The notes under the pieces were generated by a model, which worked only from the letters and a program-made list of their open reading frames with translations, made no database searches and was not told the DNA's origin. DNA of 64,000 bases, taken from positions 562,581-626,580 of the forward strand of contig BCKZ01000003.1 of NCBI GenBank assembly GCA_001600815.1. Reading direction: 5' to 3'. A program made the translations under genes and the position numbers. Position 1 is the first letter of the stretch. Each line of letters begins with the position of its first letter. This stretch comes from Alloascoidea hylecoeti. Lineage: Eukaryota. Shown piece by piece: positions 12,601-26,001 of this stretch.

Positions 12601-14631
12601 TTTCTCAGCCAATGCATTCAATAAATAACCAGCTGATAAATAAACAGCAACGGGTGGATTATCACCTTTATCGTCCATTTCTTTCATATTCATAGCCACA
12701 GTGGTCAACTTCTTTTTCTCGAAAAATGCTTGAATAAAGTTTCTAGCAGAGGAGGACAGTTCCGGATCCATATCTAACAAACAAGTAATAACAGGATCCA
12801 TTGCTTCAGTTATTGCTCCCATATGATCAGTTCCTTCATAGTTAGCGTCAATGTAATGTGAATATGGACTCGGAATATAACATTGAAGAATATTTGAAAG
12901 AATTGGCACACTTACCATTTCAGAGTTACTGGTAGATAAAGACCTCTTAGAAGAACTACCCGCTGCTCTTGTTTTCAAAAGCAAAAGAGATTGCCTTCTA
13001 ATAATAGATTGTAAGGTGCCTGAAATGGTGTTGATTATGCTTTGATATATATTAAATTTTGCATCATAACTCCCGAGAGCTCTCAGTCCTGTAGTAATAA
13101 AGCAAATCAAGCCAGTTTCCAAGTCTTTTCGGCCTAAATGAAATTTAATATCTTTTAAAGTGTTTTCATAATCAAACGTAGTATAGGCAATCATATAATT
13201 AGCATATATATGCATTAAACTTGCAGTCATATTATCTCCAAAATTACTGTGAAAGTTCAAAGATATATCATTATGAACCTGTTTTGCATATAAGATAATT
13301 GGATTGTTAGGGTCAAAATCAAAAATAACTTCAGCTACAATACAAAAAATGCCAAAGCAATCAAATGTTCCGTCTGAAATATGCTTAACATGAACGCTTG
13401 AATGAAGCGAGCTAAGAAACTTCAATTTTTTAGAATTTGCAGTGAATCTTTTTATACCCGCATTCATGAAGGTTTCAAAAGTGCCTGGAAAAAAGCATAC
13501 TAACACAGACAGGAATCGAAAGACACCATCAGTGAATTTACAATTTTCAGTTGTAGCATAAATATAATCAAAAAGTCCAGAAGCCTCCAATTGAAGTGGA
13601 GATCCCTCCTTAGTAGTATTAAAAATTTCTTCTGGTCGAGCAATACACCAATATTCTAAGCTTTTTGACAAAAAATGTAACAATAATGACTGATGTAGGG
13701 GTTTTCTAAGGGCTGATAAACATTGCCATAAATCTTGAAATATCATGCCAATTGAATTTTGATCCAGGTAGATATATTCAAATATATCAATATTAGGGAC
13801 AACATCATATTCTTCTGCATTAAAGTTTTTGATAACTTCAAGTTTCTGTTGAATTATTTGATATGCAACAGACCAATTAGAAGCACTTAAATACCGACAA
13901 ACCATGCTGCAGTACTCATCAATCTCATCGATGTGACTTTTATAGGGATGAATCCCAATATGACTTTTCATTTGAATACTGCCATTGGATAAAATTGAAG
14001 TAGTTTCACAAATCATACTCTCTGAATGAAGATTGATCAATTTTTCTAATAAGTTTTTGGTAATTGCACTGTTCAACTTTGGAGGGAGTACTGTATGATA
14101 CTTAATGTATGGCTTTACAAATCCTGGTTCGCCAAAAGTTATAGGCACTCTTCCTCTTCTGACTTCCCCTGGTTCGCAGTGATCCCAATGTGCTTCTGTG
14201 CATTGAGCTAGAAGTTTTGTTACAACTATCAAAGATCGCAATGAGTAAACATTTCTGTTTGATAACGGCTCATTTCTATCTCGCTAAATATTTGTTAGCT
14301 GAAGTTATTGTAAAAAAGAGTGACACTGTAGCCGTATATCATCTTACCTTTGAAATCTGATCTAAAAGGTTCCCAAAACTAGCCAAGACCTCTGAAATTA
14401 ACGCTGTTCTTGAAAGTCGTAACAGCGTGGTTTTTGTAGAAATAAAAAGTTTGTCTTGTTCTGCATTTTCAATGGTGTTACCAGTTTCAAACGGTAACTA
14501 GATTAATTAGGCAATGAAAGTCTAATTAGTTATGATCCATTTTTTTAAATGTTAGGCAATTTACTTACCACTTTAATTAACCGTAATACTATGGTTTGAG
14601 CAATGTTATTGCTCTGATATTCCTGATCCAT
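6664..14631 (-). CDS. IRA2: Neurofibromin-like Ras GTPase-activating protein (Ira1/Ira2), about 2610 aa, 3 exons
   Basis: RasGAP signature FLRFFCPAIVAPE and Arg finger ELLRRNSVATR, followed by a Sec14-PH-like region. Exons 14631-14569 (MDQEYQ...LIKV), 14497-14348 (LPFETG...QISK) and 14283-6664. Introns 14568-14498 (GTAAGT..CTAAT..TAG) and 14347-14284 (GTAAGA..GCTAAC..TAG) keep the frame. Confidence 0.93.
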
Positions 14632-15381
14632 ATTAGACTAATAAGCTAATTTAGACTAAAAGGACAGTATGAAAGAAAAATAGTGAAGTTTTTGGAAAGC
14701 AAAAAGTATTTTTATAGAAGAACAAAACGTATAAATCAAGATAATTGCACTATTATATTTAAATTTATAGCCTCTTATTCAATTCAGAGTATAGAAAAAT
14801 ATTATGAGCCTAAAAGATTAAACGCATATATATATGTAATTATTAAAAAGATCATAAATTTCAACCATCTATATCAAACTGTGAAACCTTTTAGCATAAG
14901 TCTAAGTGCTGTTTTTAGAATAGAGAAGATACGTATCTGGAGCCTTTTTGAGACATATCTTCAATCACAAGCTTCTTTAGCAGCTATTCTCCCAGAGGGA
15001 ATGTTAATATTAAGGTATGGGTTACTATAGAAAGTTTGTCAACATGAAAGTATGCAATATGGGTGCTCAAGGAAAATCTTCATAAGAAGTTACCGTTGTT
15101 TGTATACACACAATGCATACATAACTAAAAAGTGACATCGCATTACATGGAAAAAATTATAATTGATGTGATATTATTTTCGCAAGCCTAATGGATAAAT
15201 ATACTATATATCGTTGTACTTTCTGAGTAAATTCCTTATAATTATGTGATAATTAATGTTTGAATATGTAACTAGTAGTCGCCTATATACTTATATGAAA
15301 TTATATATTTTCGATTATAAAGCCCTAGTCTTGCAATATTTCATGATCACGATATATATAAAATTATAAAAAAGGGCCATT

Positions 15382-15407
15382 AATATATATATATATATAT
15401 ATATATA
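15382..15407. repeat. (TA)n microsatellite
   Basis: Run of about 12 TA units; similar runs at about 16375-16392, 32576-32592 and 50195-50214. Confidence 0.9.
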
Positions 15408-18400
15408 GCTAGAGTATTAGCAGTTAAGATCTGGCTGATGTGTGTACCTTCACCATTAATACGTAAAGAATATTCTAACCAACTATCAAGATACAGCAAA
15501 TTTGAAGGGACTTGCTACTGAATATAATATAAGATCGTCATTAATTTATATAAACTGTAAATTTACAACTTCTGATGGTTGGCGACAAATTGACGTAAAT
15601 ATTAAATTCTCATATATGATCATTAATATTAAATAGAAGTATAGTTCACAATTGAACTTATCTCGTATATATGGCTATGATTACCAACTGCAATATGTAA
15701 AAATTGAAGACATATTCCATTTTAATTTGGATTGGTTATCATGTATTTAAAACAAAACAAAAGTAAGTCATATATATTATATATTCTTAATAATTTAAAG
15801 CGATATACATATTAATCTCAATTCTCAATATTTGTCTTATCATATATATTCTTTTTCTAGAAGGACTGAAATCTTATATTTTAATTGTAAAATGAAGAAT
15901 CTCAGCTATGGCTTTCTTTGTTTAATTGGGCTAGTTAAAAATTGATTATAATATTTTTCTATATCTATATAATTAATTATTAAATTAATTATAATAGAAG
16001 ATGGTTCTATTTTCAGTAACTCATCCCTTCAACTAAATGCAAGTGTTATTTATACTAATTATTATTTAAATTTGCTTGTTAAAGAATTAGATTCAAATTT
16101 CATATAATTATGCATAATAACATATTGTTGTATATCATATATTATATAACATGTCATGATCATATTAATTGAATAATAAAAACTTATACGTATTCTGTTT
16201 AAGCCAAAATCGCAAGGCTTTTCAATTGTGCTCGCAGATTTATAAATATAACATTTTATTGATGCGATAGCTATATAGCCAGAGATACACAATAATAACC
16301 GTAATCATATATGCAGTGAGACTGCTAAATATTAGAGTCCGAAATTCAGGGTTGAGATCAAATGCAATTTCAACTATATATATATATATATATCGATATC
16401 AAGCTTACGATTAAAACTCCAACTATAGCTTGTAGATATTTCACATGAATAAGACTCATATAAATGTTTATTTACCTCCAAATTAGTACTGAAAAAGTAA
16501 GATCTCTAAATTTTAAAGATTCGGTCAAATCTCTATATATGCACAGTTAATTATACCGTTATATATACATATGCACATATAGGTTGATCGACTATTGTAG
16601 ATACTTACCTATAAGTTAATGCCCACTAGTATGAGTCTTGTACAAGTTATTTATTAATGTAATATAATTAAATTATAAAAAAGACAATCACATATTAATT
16701 GATATATTGTATACAGCTATATAGTTATTAGTCACTATATTTAATTTAAAGCTACAATCAGCTACTTATAGTGGTACAACACTCAAAATATAGTTTATTA
16801 GTATTTGTATTGATTATATATATGATTAATATGGAGTAACGTTAATTAAATTTAGCTGTATTCAAGTTCAGATTTATAATTAATAATTTAATATATATGT
16901 TTCATGGTCATTATTTACTACTAGCTATTGCATAATAAGCGAAAAAAAGTCTAGGTATACATAAAGTTGCAATTGTGATTAATATAAAGTAACGCTTCAT
17001 TATAATTTATAATTATCTAGGTATTAGGTAACTATAATTGATACTGGTAGAAGAAAAAATATAAAATAAGTATAAAATTCTAGGTTTAATCTTATTTAAC
17101 AATTCGAATTCGGCTAAGTTGAATCGAATAACCCTGTTAAAGTTTCTTATTTTACAACCTGATGAGAAGCTGCCTACAATTAATCATTAATTCATTATCA
17201 TTATAATTATACATTTTACTTATAATTGAAACACTCTCTAAGTATATGTGAATGTATTTGTAAATTTAAGGAATATTAACCATGGCTGGTATTAATTGTA
17301 GTGTCATATACACATAAGCTTATATTTATTAGAATAAGTTTTCAATAAACTAAAATATGAATCTACATGTAGAGATGCATTTTCAAGCTTTGAGAAGTAA
17401 GCTACAGTTGGATACCGTTAAATACTTCCTATAAATATTAATGATCATAGCTTATATGCATCTATCTAAAATCTATAAATAAAGCATATATTTAAGTATT
17501 TGTATGTGATCGGTAATATGTATTTGGGTACATGACGTGCACTACCATAATGGTACAGATACTTGATAATTTAGCATATGCTGCTTTAAATTTAAATATG
17601 TAAATCTAAGAGCTTGGAATTGTATAATTAAATACTTGCACTATTTAGACTTCTCCATTGTTCTAAGAGTGTAATATATATCCAACATATAATTATATGT
17701 ATAAGCAGATTTTATGTTCATTAATTTTGTTATAAGACTTGGCAAAGCAAAATCAAAAAGTAAAGTTATTGCTTTATTATAAATCAAGTACGGGAAAGAT
17801 ATATGTTATAATTGTTTAATTGTAATTATTTAATAATTAATTGTGAACATTAGTTGCAACAGTATAGATGTGATAGTAACGCTAACTAATATCAATATTA
17901 TCATATATAGGTAGTTTATAACCAATTGCAATGATCGAAGGGCTGCATGACTATGGATACTAGATAGCCGATAGATATAGTTGCAGGGTATATACAAACA
18001 ACGCCTCTGAATCAAGCACTTTTTTGCCTGACAGGAGAATCAAGGAGGAACATTGTTAGAAGATAGTTGCTGAGAGGGATCCCAAACAATTCGAAAACTG
18101 ACTGTTGCTGCCAAATTCAAAACAGACGCCAAACTTTTCGCAAAGTAATATGCAATGCTATTATGCCTTATACTGAGTTCGAGTTATGCATATGCGTGAT
18201 TGCAGAATTATGAGACACTTTTGGAAAAAACAATTGCAATAATTACGCCAAGATAAATGTGTGTTAATTACCCCTAGATGTCTTTATTGTAACTATATGT
18301 ATCATTGTGTAGTAAATGTGTATCTATAATATACGCCTAGATATTAACTAGATCTAGATCTAAAACCAGATCTCGAATCAAAAAATTTGAATTGGCTTTG

Positions 18401-19549
18401 TGGAACTCTATTATTTATTGGAGGTGCAAAGGTTAAATTCCAATAAACTTAATATCAAGACATACAGAATCATTATGGTTCAGGTATTGTAAGACATTAT
18501 TTGCTCTGATATAGCGGGGTGTTCCAATATAACAATATCACTTAAACCATGTAAGATAATGCGATCAATTGCTGTTTTATTTGTATATTTTTCCGCTTGG
18601 GAATCCAAGGGCTGGAAGTCAGACATATATTAGCACCATATTGCTTAAGGTTATTTGCTTAAAGCTCAAACAGAACAAAACATGAATATTTCAAATTCAA
18701 ACATTAAAACACTAGTAAATTATCTTGATGTATAATTATAATATATTGGACTTTACATCAATCACCTAATATTATATTAATATGTAGGCATCACATTTGC
18801 CTGTTATATAGTATAAATAAACCAACATTATTATTTAAACAATTGTTCAATTAAGGTGGGCCTTTAAATGCATAATTAATGATATATCTATACAGTTAAT
18901 TGTAACGTGTACAGGGCCCAGTTCAGGGCCTAAAAAGTGTGTCACTAATATTCACTATTAATAATTGAAACCAAAAAACACAATAGTAGTAGTAAACACC
19001 AAATATTTATAACCAAATACAATCTTATTAGTCGCTATAAAAGATTGAAAAAGAAACGAAAGTAGTATATATACTGTGCATAGCAAAGGAAGATTAAATA
19101 TAATATTCGTGATAATGATATATATTTACGAATGATAATCTTTTGTTTTGTTGATCTCAACACCTAATAACCAAAAAATTCTAGTTCCTGAAACTCGTAT
19201 ACGTATTCATCTAGGTAAGGTGAGAAATCTTTCTACAGAACATTATATAATATGTATATATGCATATAGCCATGAAAAGTCTAAGAACTTGAGAGTTCGA
19301 TTGCGACGCCTATAGAAACTGATCATGAATATAATAATACAGTTATTCCACCTCATTAGACCCATGTGATGATACAACTATTCAGAAACATTCAGTAATA
19401 GCATACCAATTACTTAGTTCAAAAGATAGCCTAAATTGATCTTGAATTTCCGATAAAATATACATTTTTATTGATATTTATGGAATGTATCTTTATTCAC
19501 TAGCGGAAAATACACCTCCAGATTGAAATATAATTGCTTTGTAACTACA

Positions 19550-19870
19550 ATACCATGTCAAAAACAACTTTATTCAGAGCGGAAAAAGGACAATCGATGT
19601 TTTAAATTACATAGCGCCACTGTTTACACACAAGGTAAACAATAAAGTATCCCGTAAGAAGATCGAAAAAATTTTGCCCTTCCTAGTTCCAAGCAAGTAT
19701 CGTTAACAACAAATGAGCGTTATATGAGCTACCAATGGACACAACCTTTTTAGATAAATATAGCATCTAACTGTGGTTCAATTGATTGGAGCGGTTATGT
19801 GACAAATATAAATACTATCCATACAACACTTACAATGTGGATGAGGCCGGTTGTAGATATTCTTGAGGAT
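19550..19870 (+). mobile_element. pogo/Fot1-like transposase relic
   Basis: 19771-19866 translates LWFN*LERLCDKYKYYPYNTYNVDEAGC, matching the Fot1/pogo WF..L.....KY.I.P.NIYNMDETG motif (first catalytic D). MSKTTLFRAEKG at about 19555 resembles the psq-type HTH. Confidence 0.6.
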
Positions 19871-22132
19871 GTTGGAAAGTTCATTAGAGTGTTAATTCTA
19901 GCTGTTCCTCAATTGATCCCCCCTAAAGGTGATATATCGTGAATACATCAAAATCATAGGTGATTGTAACCCCCATGGGGATTTTTTAATCAAGAAACAT
20001 CGAGAGCTCACAGCCTAAAGATTTCAGAGAGGTGAAAAGGAATAAATGGTTCGTTACGTGTTTGAAGAAAGAGATTGAAGATCTAAGGGCTTCTACAAAA
20101 CCAGAGGAAATATACCAATGCAAATAGTAGATATAATTCATGATGAAAGTTGCGGATAGTGTTTCTTGCGTGCTTCTCTCCGGCAAAAAGATATTTAGAA
20201 GAAAGAACTCTGAACTTTTACTTAAAAGGATCTTAGTTATACTTATTCCAAAATTACTATTTTCTTTAATCCATAAAAGGCGAACGGCCAGAAAAAGTTT
20301 AGCGGTTCGTCTAAAATTGTTACTTTTCAACCACCAATTGAATACCCACCAACAAACTTAAATATGAATTATTAAAAAATAGCATTACTAAAATCTATTT
20401 AAACTTATAATTCTGATAATGTATAAGTATATTCGATGTATATAATTATTGGTAATCTTGTAGTGGTGAGAGTGATCTAAAGATATAAAATTAATATAAT
20501 GGAAGACCCATATTAGGATTATCAAAAATAAAAAACATTACATATTGAAACCGGTATCTATTCATATTATTTATTTACATATCATTTGCATCATAGATGT
20601 GTCATATTGGCTATATAGGTTTTAATGTTATAACTTTATGTAGGTAATAGTGCTTATTACCATATGTTAATTTAAACATTAATATATGTATAATTTTACC
20701 GATAGTTAACGTCGATGATAATATTTCATCACATCTCGTTGGATATAAAACACATATACATCTATACATTAAATTCGTATGCTCACCACTAATAGTTACC
20801 AAATATATATACCATAAGTATGTATATCCTTCTTTTCTGAACTTTTTCTTCTTTTTCTTTTCTTCAGCATGCATATAAATCTCATAAGAAATACATGTAA
20901 TATAACTTTTAAATAAATCTGTTAGATATCATGTGAGACACCTGACTAGTTCACGAGGAGTCAATTGGCTTTAGTTTTAGTCTAATGGCAAGATACAGGC
21001 ACTTTAACTTGGAGCTCTCAAGGAATCAGCAAACACCTAATTGCAATACGCAGCAACTGCTAGTAGTGATAAACCTAAACCTGCGTAGTTATGACTTATG
21101 AGTGGTAAAACAGCAATTTCAACAGAAACAGTCGATATTTCTCCACTTCCAAAAAACTAAACATACATTGATTGTACTTCTAAAGTCTTTAACAGTAGGA
21201 ATTATCTCATCAAGCCGACTGCGACGTCTTCACATATCTCAATATATCACGGATGAAAGTCTTTTCGACGATTTACACTCTGAAGATTTTCTTAACGATG
21301 AACAACTTAGATATTCAAAGGATAAATCGGTGAATAACTACTTCTCCTGAGAATGAAGGGGAGCAATATGATGAATCAACACTAGTTAAAGCTACCATAA
21401 GAACACAGAAGATGAGATAGCCTAATAAATGGAGTTGGTGTGCTTGTTTCACTCATGTATCAGATCAGAGATTTACCTACAAGCATGAAAAGGCCCTCTT
21501 TGATATATTTGATTTGAGTAACGGCAATTGTTGCACTGTATTACATAAAATCTAGTAAAAATAAAATCATTTTCAAGGTCAAAATAGCTAATCGGACTCA
21601 TGAGTGCAGCTACGAGAAGGGTTACTCTAATAGTGCGCCTGAGGAAGGCATTACCTAGTTCTCCGCTTGGCTATCGATATGTAAAAATACATAACTATTA
21701 ACTATAGGTTTATATTTTTTCACTTTTATTTCGAATTTAGAAATTTTTAAGTACGAATTTCCACAGTATGACATATCCACATATGAACGAGCGGAGATAA
21801 ATATTCGGCTATGAACGGAAGAATTATCGGCACAGAATTTAGAATTTATGAAACTCTAATTTTGATATGTGGACACCCGTACACCCATAATCAAACAAAA
21901 AAAATGATCTAATTACAACCAGATTAATATTTCGAAATTCATTGAGCATTCATAGTATCTGGTTTAATTATATTCAACGTTCTTTTTTTTTGATAATTGT
22001 TACTGTTAATTTTTTTATTAATTTTTACGCGTATTATTTGTTTCTTGTTATCTTCAACATTTCCCTATAGCTAAGTTAAGGATAAACTTGGTTTTTAATT
22101 TAAGCATAATCCTAAGTGTTTGACTTTAAAGG

Positions 22133-23134
22133 ATGCTGGATCTGGATAGGTATGTTACAATATTTATATAATATGAAGAGTCGAAGAACTATTAAGAATG
22201 ATAAAAACTAATACTAAGAAAATGATGAAGGATAGTGGAACAACTACAAAAACTACAACCAATTAGTGAATCTGAAGTTGAAGAACTTTGTATTCGAGTT
22301 ATTGATGTTTTAGTGGAAGAAGGAAACGTTCAAAAAGTAGACACACCCGTAACGATATGTGGGGATATTCATGGGCAATTTCATGACTTACTTACATTAT
22401 TTCAAAAAGGTGGTGCATGTCCTTACACAAATTATTTATTTTTAGGCGATTTTGTTGATCGAGGGTTTAATTCGGTGGAAAGCCTTTTACTATTGTTATG
22501 TCTAAAAGTGAGGTATCCCGACAGAATTACGCTTGTGCGTGGAAATCACGAATCGCGGCAAATAACGTCAGTTTATGGGTTTTATGATGAGTGTGTTCGA
22601 AAATATGGTAGTGCCAATGTATGGCGGTATTGCTGTGAGGTGTTTGATTATTTAGCACTGGGGGCCTTGGTAGGTGGACCTGGTGGAGTATTTTGTGTTC
22701 ATGGAGGATTATCCCCTAGTATTTCATCGATAAATCAAATCCGACTACTGGACCGAAAACAAGAAGTGCCACACGAAGGAGCCATGTGCGACTTGTTATG
22801 GTCAGATCCCGATGACATCGATTCGTGGTCGGTCTCGCCACGTGGAGCAGGATTTCTCTTCGGAGGATCGAAGGTTGGAAACTTCTGTCATTTGAATAAT
22901 GTGTCGTTAATAGCGCGGGCGCACCAGTTGGTTATGGAAGGGTACAAAGAGATGTTTGGTGGGTCGCTGGTGACGGTGTGGTCGGCACCTAATTATTGTT
23001 ACCGTTGTGGGAACGTAGCAGCCATCCTGGAGGTTGGAGACGACTTGAGTCGCAATTACAGCGTGTTCGAGGCTGCGACGGAGGACGCCAACAATATTCC
23101 CACCAAAAAGCCGATGGCCGACTACTTTTTATGA
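22133..23134 (+). CDS. PPH3: Protein phosphatase 4 catalytic subunit (306 aa, 1 intron)
   Basis: GDIHG, GDFVDRG, GNHE and SAPNYC motifs; PP4-type C-terminus KKPMADYFL. Exon 1 22133-22149 (MLDLD+AG); intron 22150-22230 (GTATGT..ACTAAT..AAG) gives MLDLDRIVEQL. Confidence 0.92.
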
Positions 23135-23262
23135 TTGTCCTACATAATTATTGTATTACTAATACTCTCATACATTGCTTAGTCAGACACACATAAGGCC
23201 TTTAATGTGCAATTTAGAGAATAGTTACTCCCACAAAGAAAGCTTGTATATAAAAAACGAAT

Positions 23263-24921
23263 ATGCCCCTAGGCTCTGTGTCCATGCCCGAGCTGAGCAT
23301 CGCCGCCCCTCCAAATTCTTCACCCGCAAGAAGTGGTTCCAGTAGCAACTTATCTCTGATCAATATGTACGCCGATGACCTGGAGTCCCAGCAATCACAA
23401 GAATCGAGAGTATCGAAATTATCGAAATTATCCAGGGTATCAAAGGTTTCCAGGATATCAAGGGCACCACCAACCCCCGTTAAAATTTCAGTCAACATTG
23501 CAAATAATACCGGGGAACGAGACAGATATGGGTTTAAAAAGAAAACTCAGTTTGTTTCTATTCAAGAGTACGATGCCTGGTGGGCTACATATGAGCCATT
23601 CTTAAAACGCCGTAAGAAGAAGTGGGTTCGTTTCATGGAGGCCTCGGGGCTTTCTTTAGGTGATGATAATCCTATAAGGTTCCCTCCACAATCAGAGAAA
23701 TTAAAAAGATATATTAGAAAGGGGATACCTGCTGAATGGCGTGGAAATGCCTGGTTTTGGTTCGCTAAGGGCCATGAACTACTAAACCAACATATTGGCC
23801 TATACGACAAACTATGTATTGAAACTGAAAACCTATCAAATGCTGATACAGAAATCATCGAACGAGATTTAAATAGGACGTTTCCAGATAACATTTATTT
23901 TAGAACTGATGCCGCAATGGCTGCCATTGCCAAAAGTGGAAGTAATATAAATATTGACTCGATAACTGGAGATGAAATTATTGAAGAAACTCCTTTAGTT
24001 CAATCTTTACGACGGGTCTTAACTGCTTTTTCAGTTTATCAACCATCAATAGGATACTGTCAAAGTATGAATTTTATAGCAGGACTACTACTTCTATTCA
24101 TGGACGAAGAAAAATCCTTTTGGATGCTGGTTATAATTACACAGAGGTATTTACCAGGTGTTCATAATAGGAGCCTAGAAGGCGTTAATATAGATCAAGG
24201 TGTTTTAATGTTATGTGTTCGTGAATTTCTACCAGATGTTTGGCAAAAAATCGGTCTTAATTTCGATGGTCAATTATATGAAAAGATTTTATCAAAACTA
24301 CCACCAATTACATTATCTACAGCATCATGGTTAATGAGTAGCTTCATTGGAATTTTACCAATTGAAACAACGTTAAGAGTATGGGATTGTTTAATATATG
24401 AAGAAAGTAAGACATTTTTCAGAATCGCCCTAACGATATTCAAATTATGTGAACCTGCAATAATGAGGTTAAGAGATCAAATGGAAATATTTCAATACAT
24501 TCAAAATTATCCTAAGATTCAAATTGATGCTAATTTTCTAATTGAATCATGTTATAAAAGAAGAAATGGATTTGGTCATATATCACAAGAAGAAATTACA
24601 AAATGTAGACGTTTTGTAAGAGAAAGAAGAAGACAATTACAAGTAGAAACTGAACATGAAAGAGAGTTTAGTAATGGAATAAGTGGTGTTCGTGCCATAA
24701 GTACATTTCAAAGACCAAGAATTCCAACTTATGAAGTCAATTCTCCAACTTCAGTTTCCAGTTTTAGCTCTAAAGCTTCAAAACATTTTCATTCAAATGA
24801 AATTGATGATGATCGTTATGATTTTAATAAGAAATTTGGCGCTGACTTTAATTTGAATATTTCAAGACGGATGAAAAACTTTAAAAAATCAAAACAAAGG
24901 GGAACAAAGTTAGAATATTAA
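23263..24921 (+). CDS. MSB3: TBC-domain Rab GTPase-activating protein (Msb3/Msb4 family)
   Basis: DRYGFKK N-terminal motif, KLKRYIRKGIPAEWRGNAW, IERDLNRTFP (Arg finger), IGYCQSMNFIAG (Gln finger), TLRVWD. Confidence 0.88.
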   Translation: MPLGSVSMPELSIAAPPNSSPARSGSSSNLSLINMYADDLESQQSQESRVSKLSKLSRVSKVSRISRAPPTPVKISVNIANNTGERDRYGFKKKTQFVSIQEYDAWWATYEPFLKRRKKKWVRFMEASGLSLGDDNPIRFPPQSEKLKRYIRKGIPAEWRGNAWFWFAKGHELLNQHIGLYDKLCIETENLSNADTEIIERDLNRTFPDNIYFRTDAAMAAIAKSGSNINIDSITGDEIIEETPLVQSLRRVLTAFSVYQPSIGYCQSMNFIAGLLLLFMDEEKSFWMLVIITQRYLPGVHNRSLEGVNIDQGVLMLCVREFLPDVWQKIGLNFDGQLYEKILSKLPPITLSTASWLMSSFIGILPIETTLRVWDCLIYEESKTFFRIALTIFKLCEPAIMRLRDQMEIFQYIQNYPKIQIDANFLIESCYKRRNGFGHISQEEITKCRRFVRERRRQLQVETEHEREFSNGISGVRAISTFQRPRIPTYEVNSPTSVSSFSSKASKHFHSNEIDDDRYDFNKKFGADFNLNISRRMKNFKKSKQRGTKLEY

Positions 24922-25858
24922 TATAAATCCCTTTTTTTTTTATTTGTTATTCATCATTTTCTACATCCATTTTTTATTTAATTTAATTTTGTTTAAATTT
25001 TATTTCATTTCATTTATTTCATTTCATTTATTTTTGATCCATTTTTTAATATTAAACTTGTATTAAGTTTTTTTTTAATACTGGGAAATCATCATTGTAC
25101 GAAACGAGACAATATACAGAAGATTTACTATAATTGCTCTGATGTAAATTGAAGAATTCATGTACACTATATCATATATGTTTTTTCATTCTTATAAATA
25201 AAAAGCAATTAGAAACAGATACAAGAGCAAAAACCAAAACAACATAGGAAGCATAATCACAAATACAATTAATTGCAACTTAGAAAAACAAAAAAACCAA
25301 ACCAAAACTTCAGCATTTAATCTATACTTTTAGTATTTATAATCACCCTATTATAATGAATTTCATTTCACTTCGACCTTTTATTTCTTCAATACTAATG
25401 AATATTAATATTATCTTTTGAAATATGGTGTACTACCTAGACTCGGTATCGGTTACATCTGGTTTATTAGATAAGATTATAGTCAGCTATTATAAAGATG
25501 TTATATAGCCGTATACAAAGACATATTTTTTACAACTAGGCTTGAACTAGCTAACTGCAATGGCTTGCAATTATGTATATTATTAAACCCCCATAGACTC
25601 ATAAGGATCAAAAACAATAACTTAACCAAAAATGAAGAACATTTTCGTATGTCTACAATCACGACTCTTCTTTGTTCTTAACTCCAATGTCAATGTGTAG
25701 TAGATAAAATATTTCATTTGTGTAGACCAAAAACTTGATATATAGAATTCTCTATTTGAAAAATACTTCTTAAGCTTAAAAATCCGATCAAAATTTACAT
25801 AAATGGTATAGTCCGGAAGGTTCAGAAGGTGTCATCCGGGATTGACATCACTTGCAAC

Positions 25859-25888
25859 TCACGTGTAAACTGAAAAATTTATTACCCG
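25859..25888 (+). promoter_or_regulatory. CNS1 promoter: Cbf1-type E-box, RRPE and Reb1-like sites
   Basis: TCACGTG 25859-25865, TGAAAAATTT 25871-25880 and TTACCCG 25882-25888, clustered about 115-145 bp upstream of the ATG. Confidence 0.55.
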
Positions 25889-26001
25889 CCTTTCATCTTT
25901 TTCAAAGTATAATATCCAATTTATAAGAATCATTCGTCCTTAAATTCTTCTGGAATAACAAAAATTTCCATCTTTTGTAAGTATAAAATTAAAGAGCAAA
26001 T

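Noticed and set aside
8189..12628. Several short ORFs within IRA; similar ones within AVO1, MSB3, SLI15, RAX1 and EMC10
   Set aside because: Antisense or out-of-frame shadows of well-supported genes.
19285..19312. tRNA T-loop-like GAGAGTTCGA
   Set aside because: No T-stem, A box or cloverleaf; no tRNA gene was found in the window.
14683..21350. Small ORFs in the gene desert (14683, 16062, 17830, 20611, 21102); also 5790, 39343, 42108, 48148, 57792 and 61245
   Set aside because: Mostly non-ATG starts, AT-noise composition, or chance frames within repeat and TE relics.
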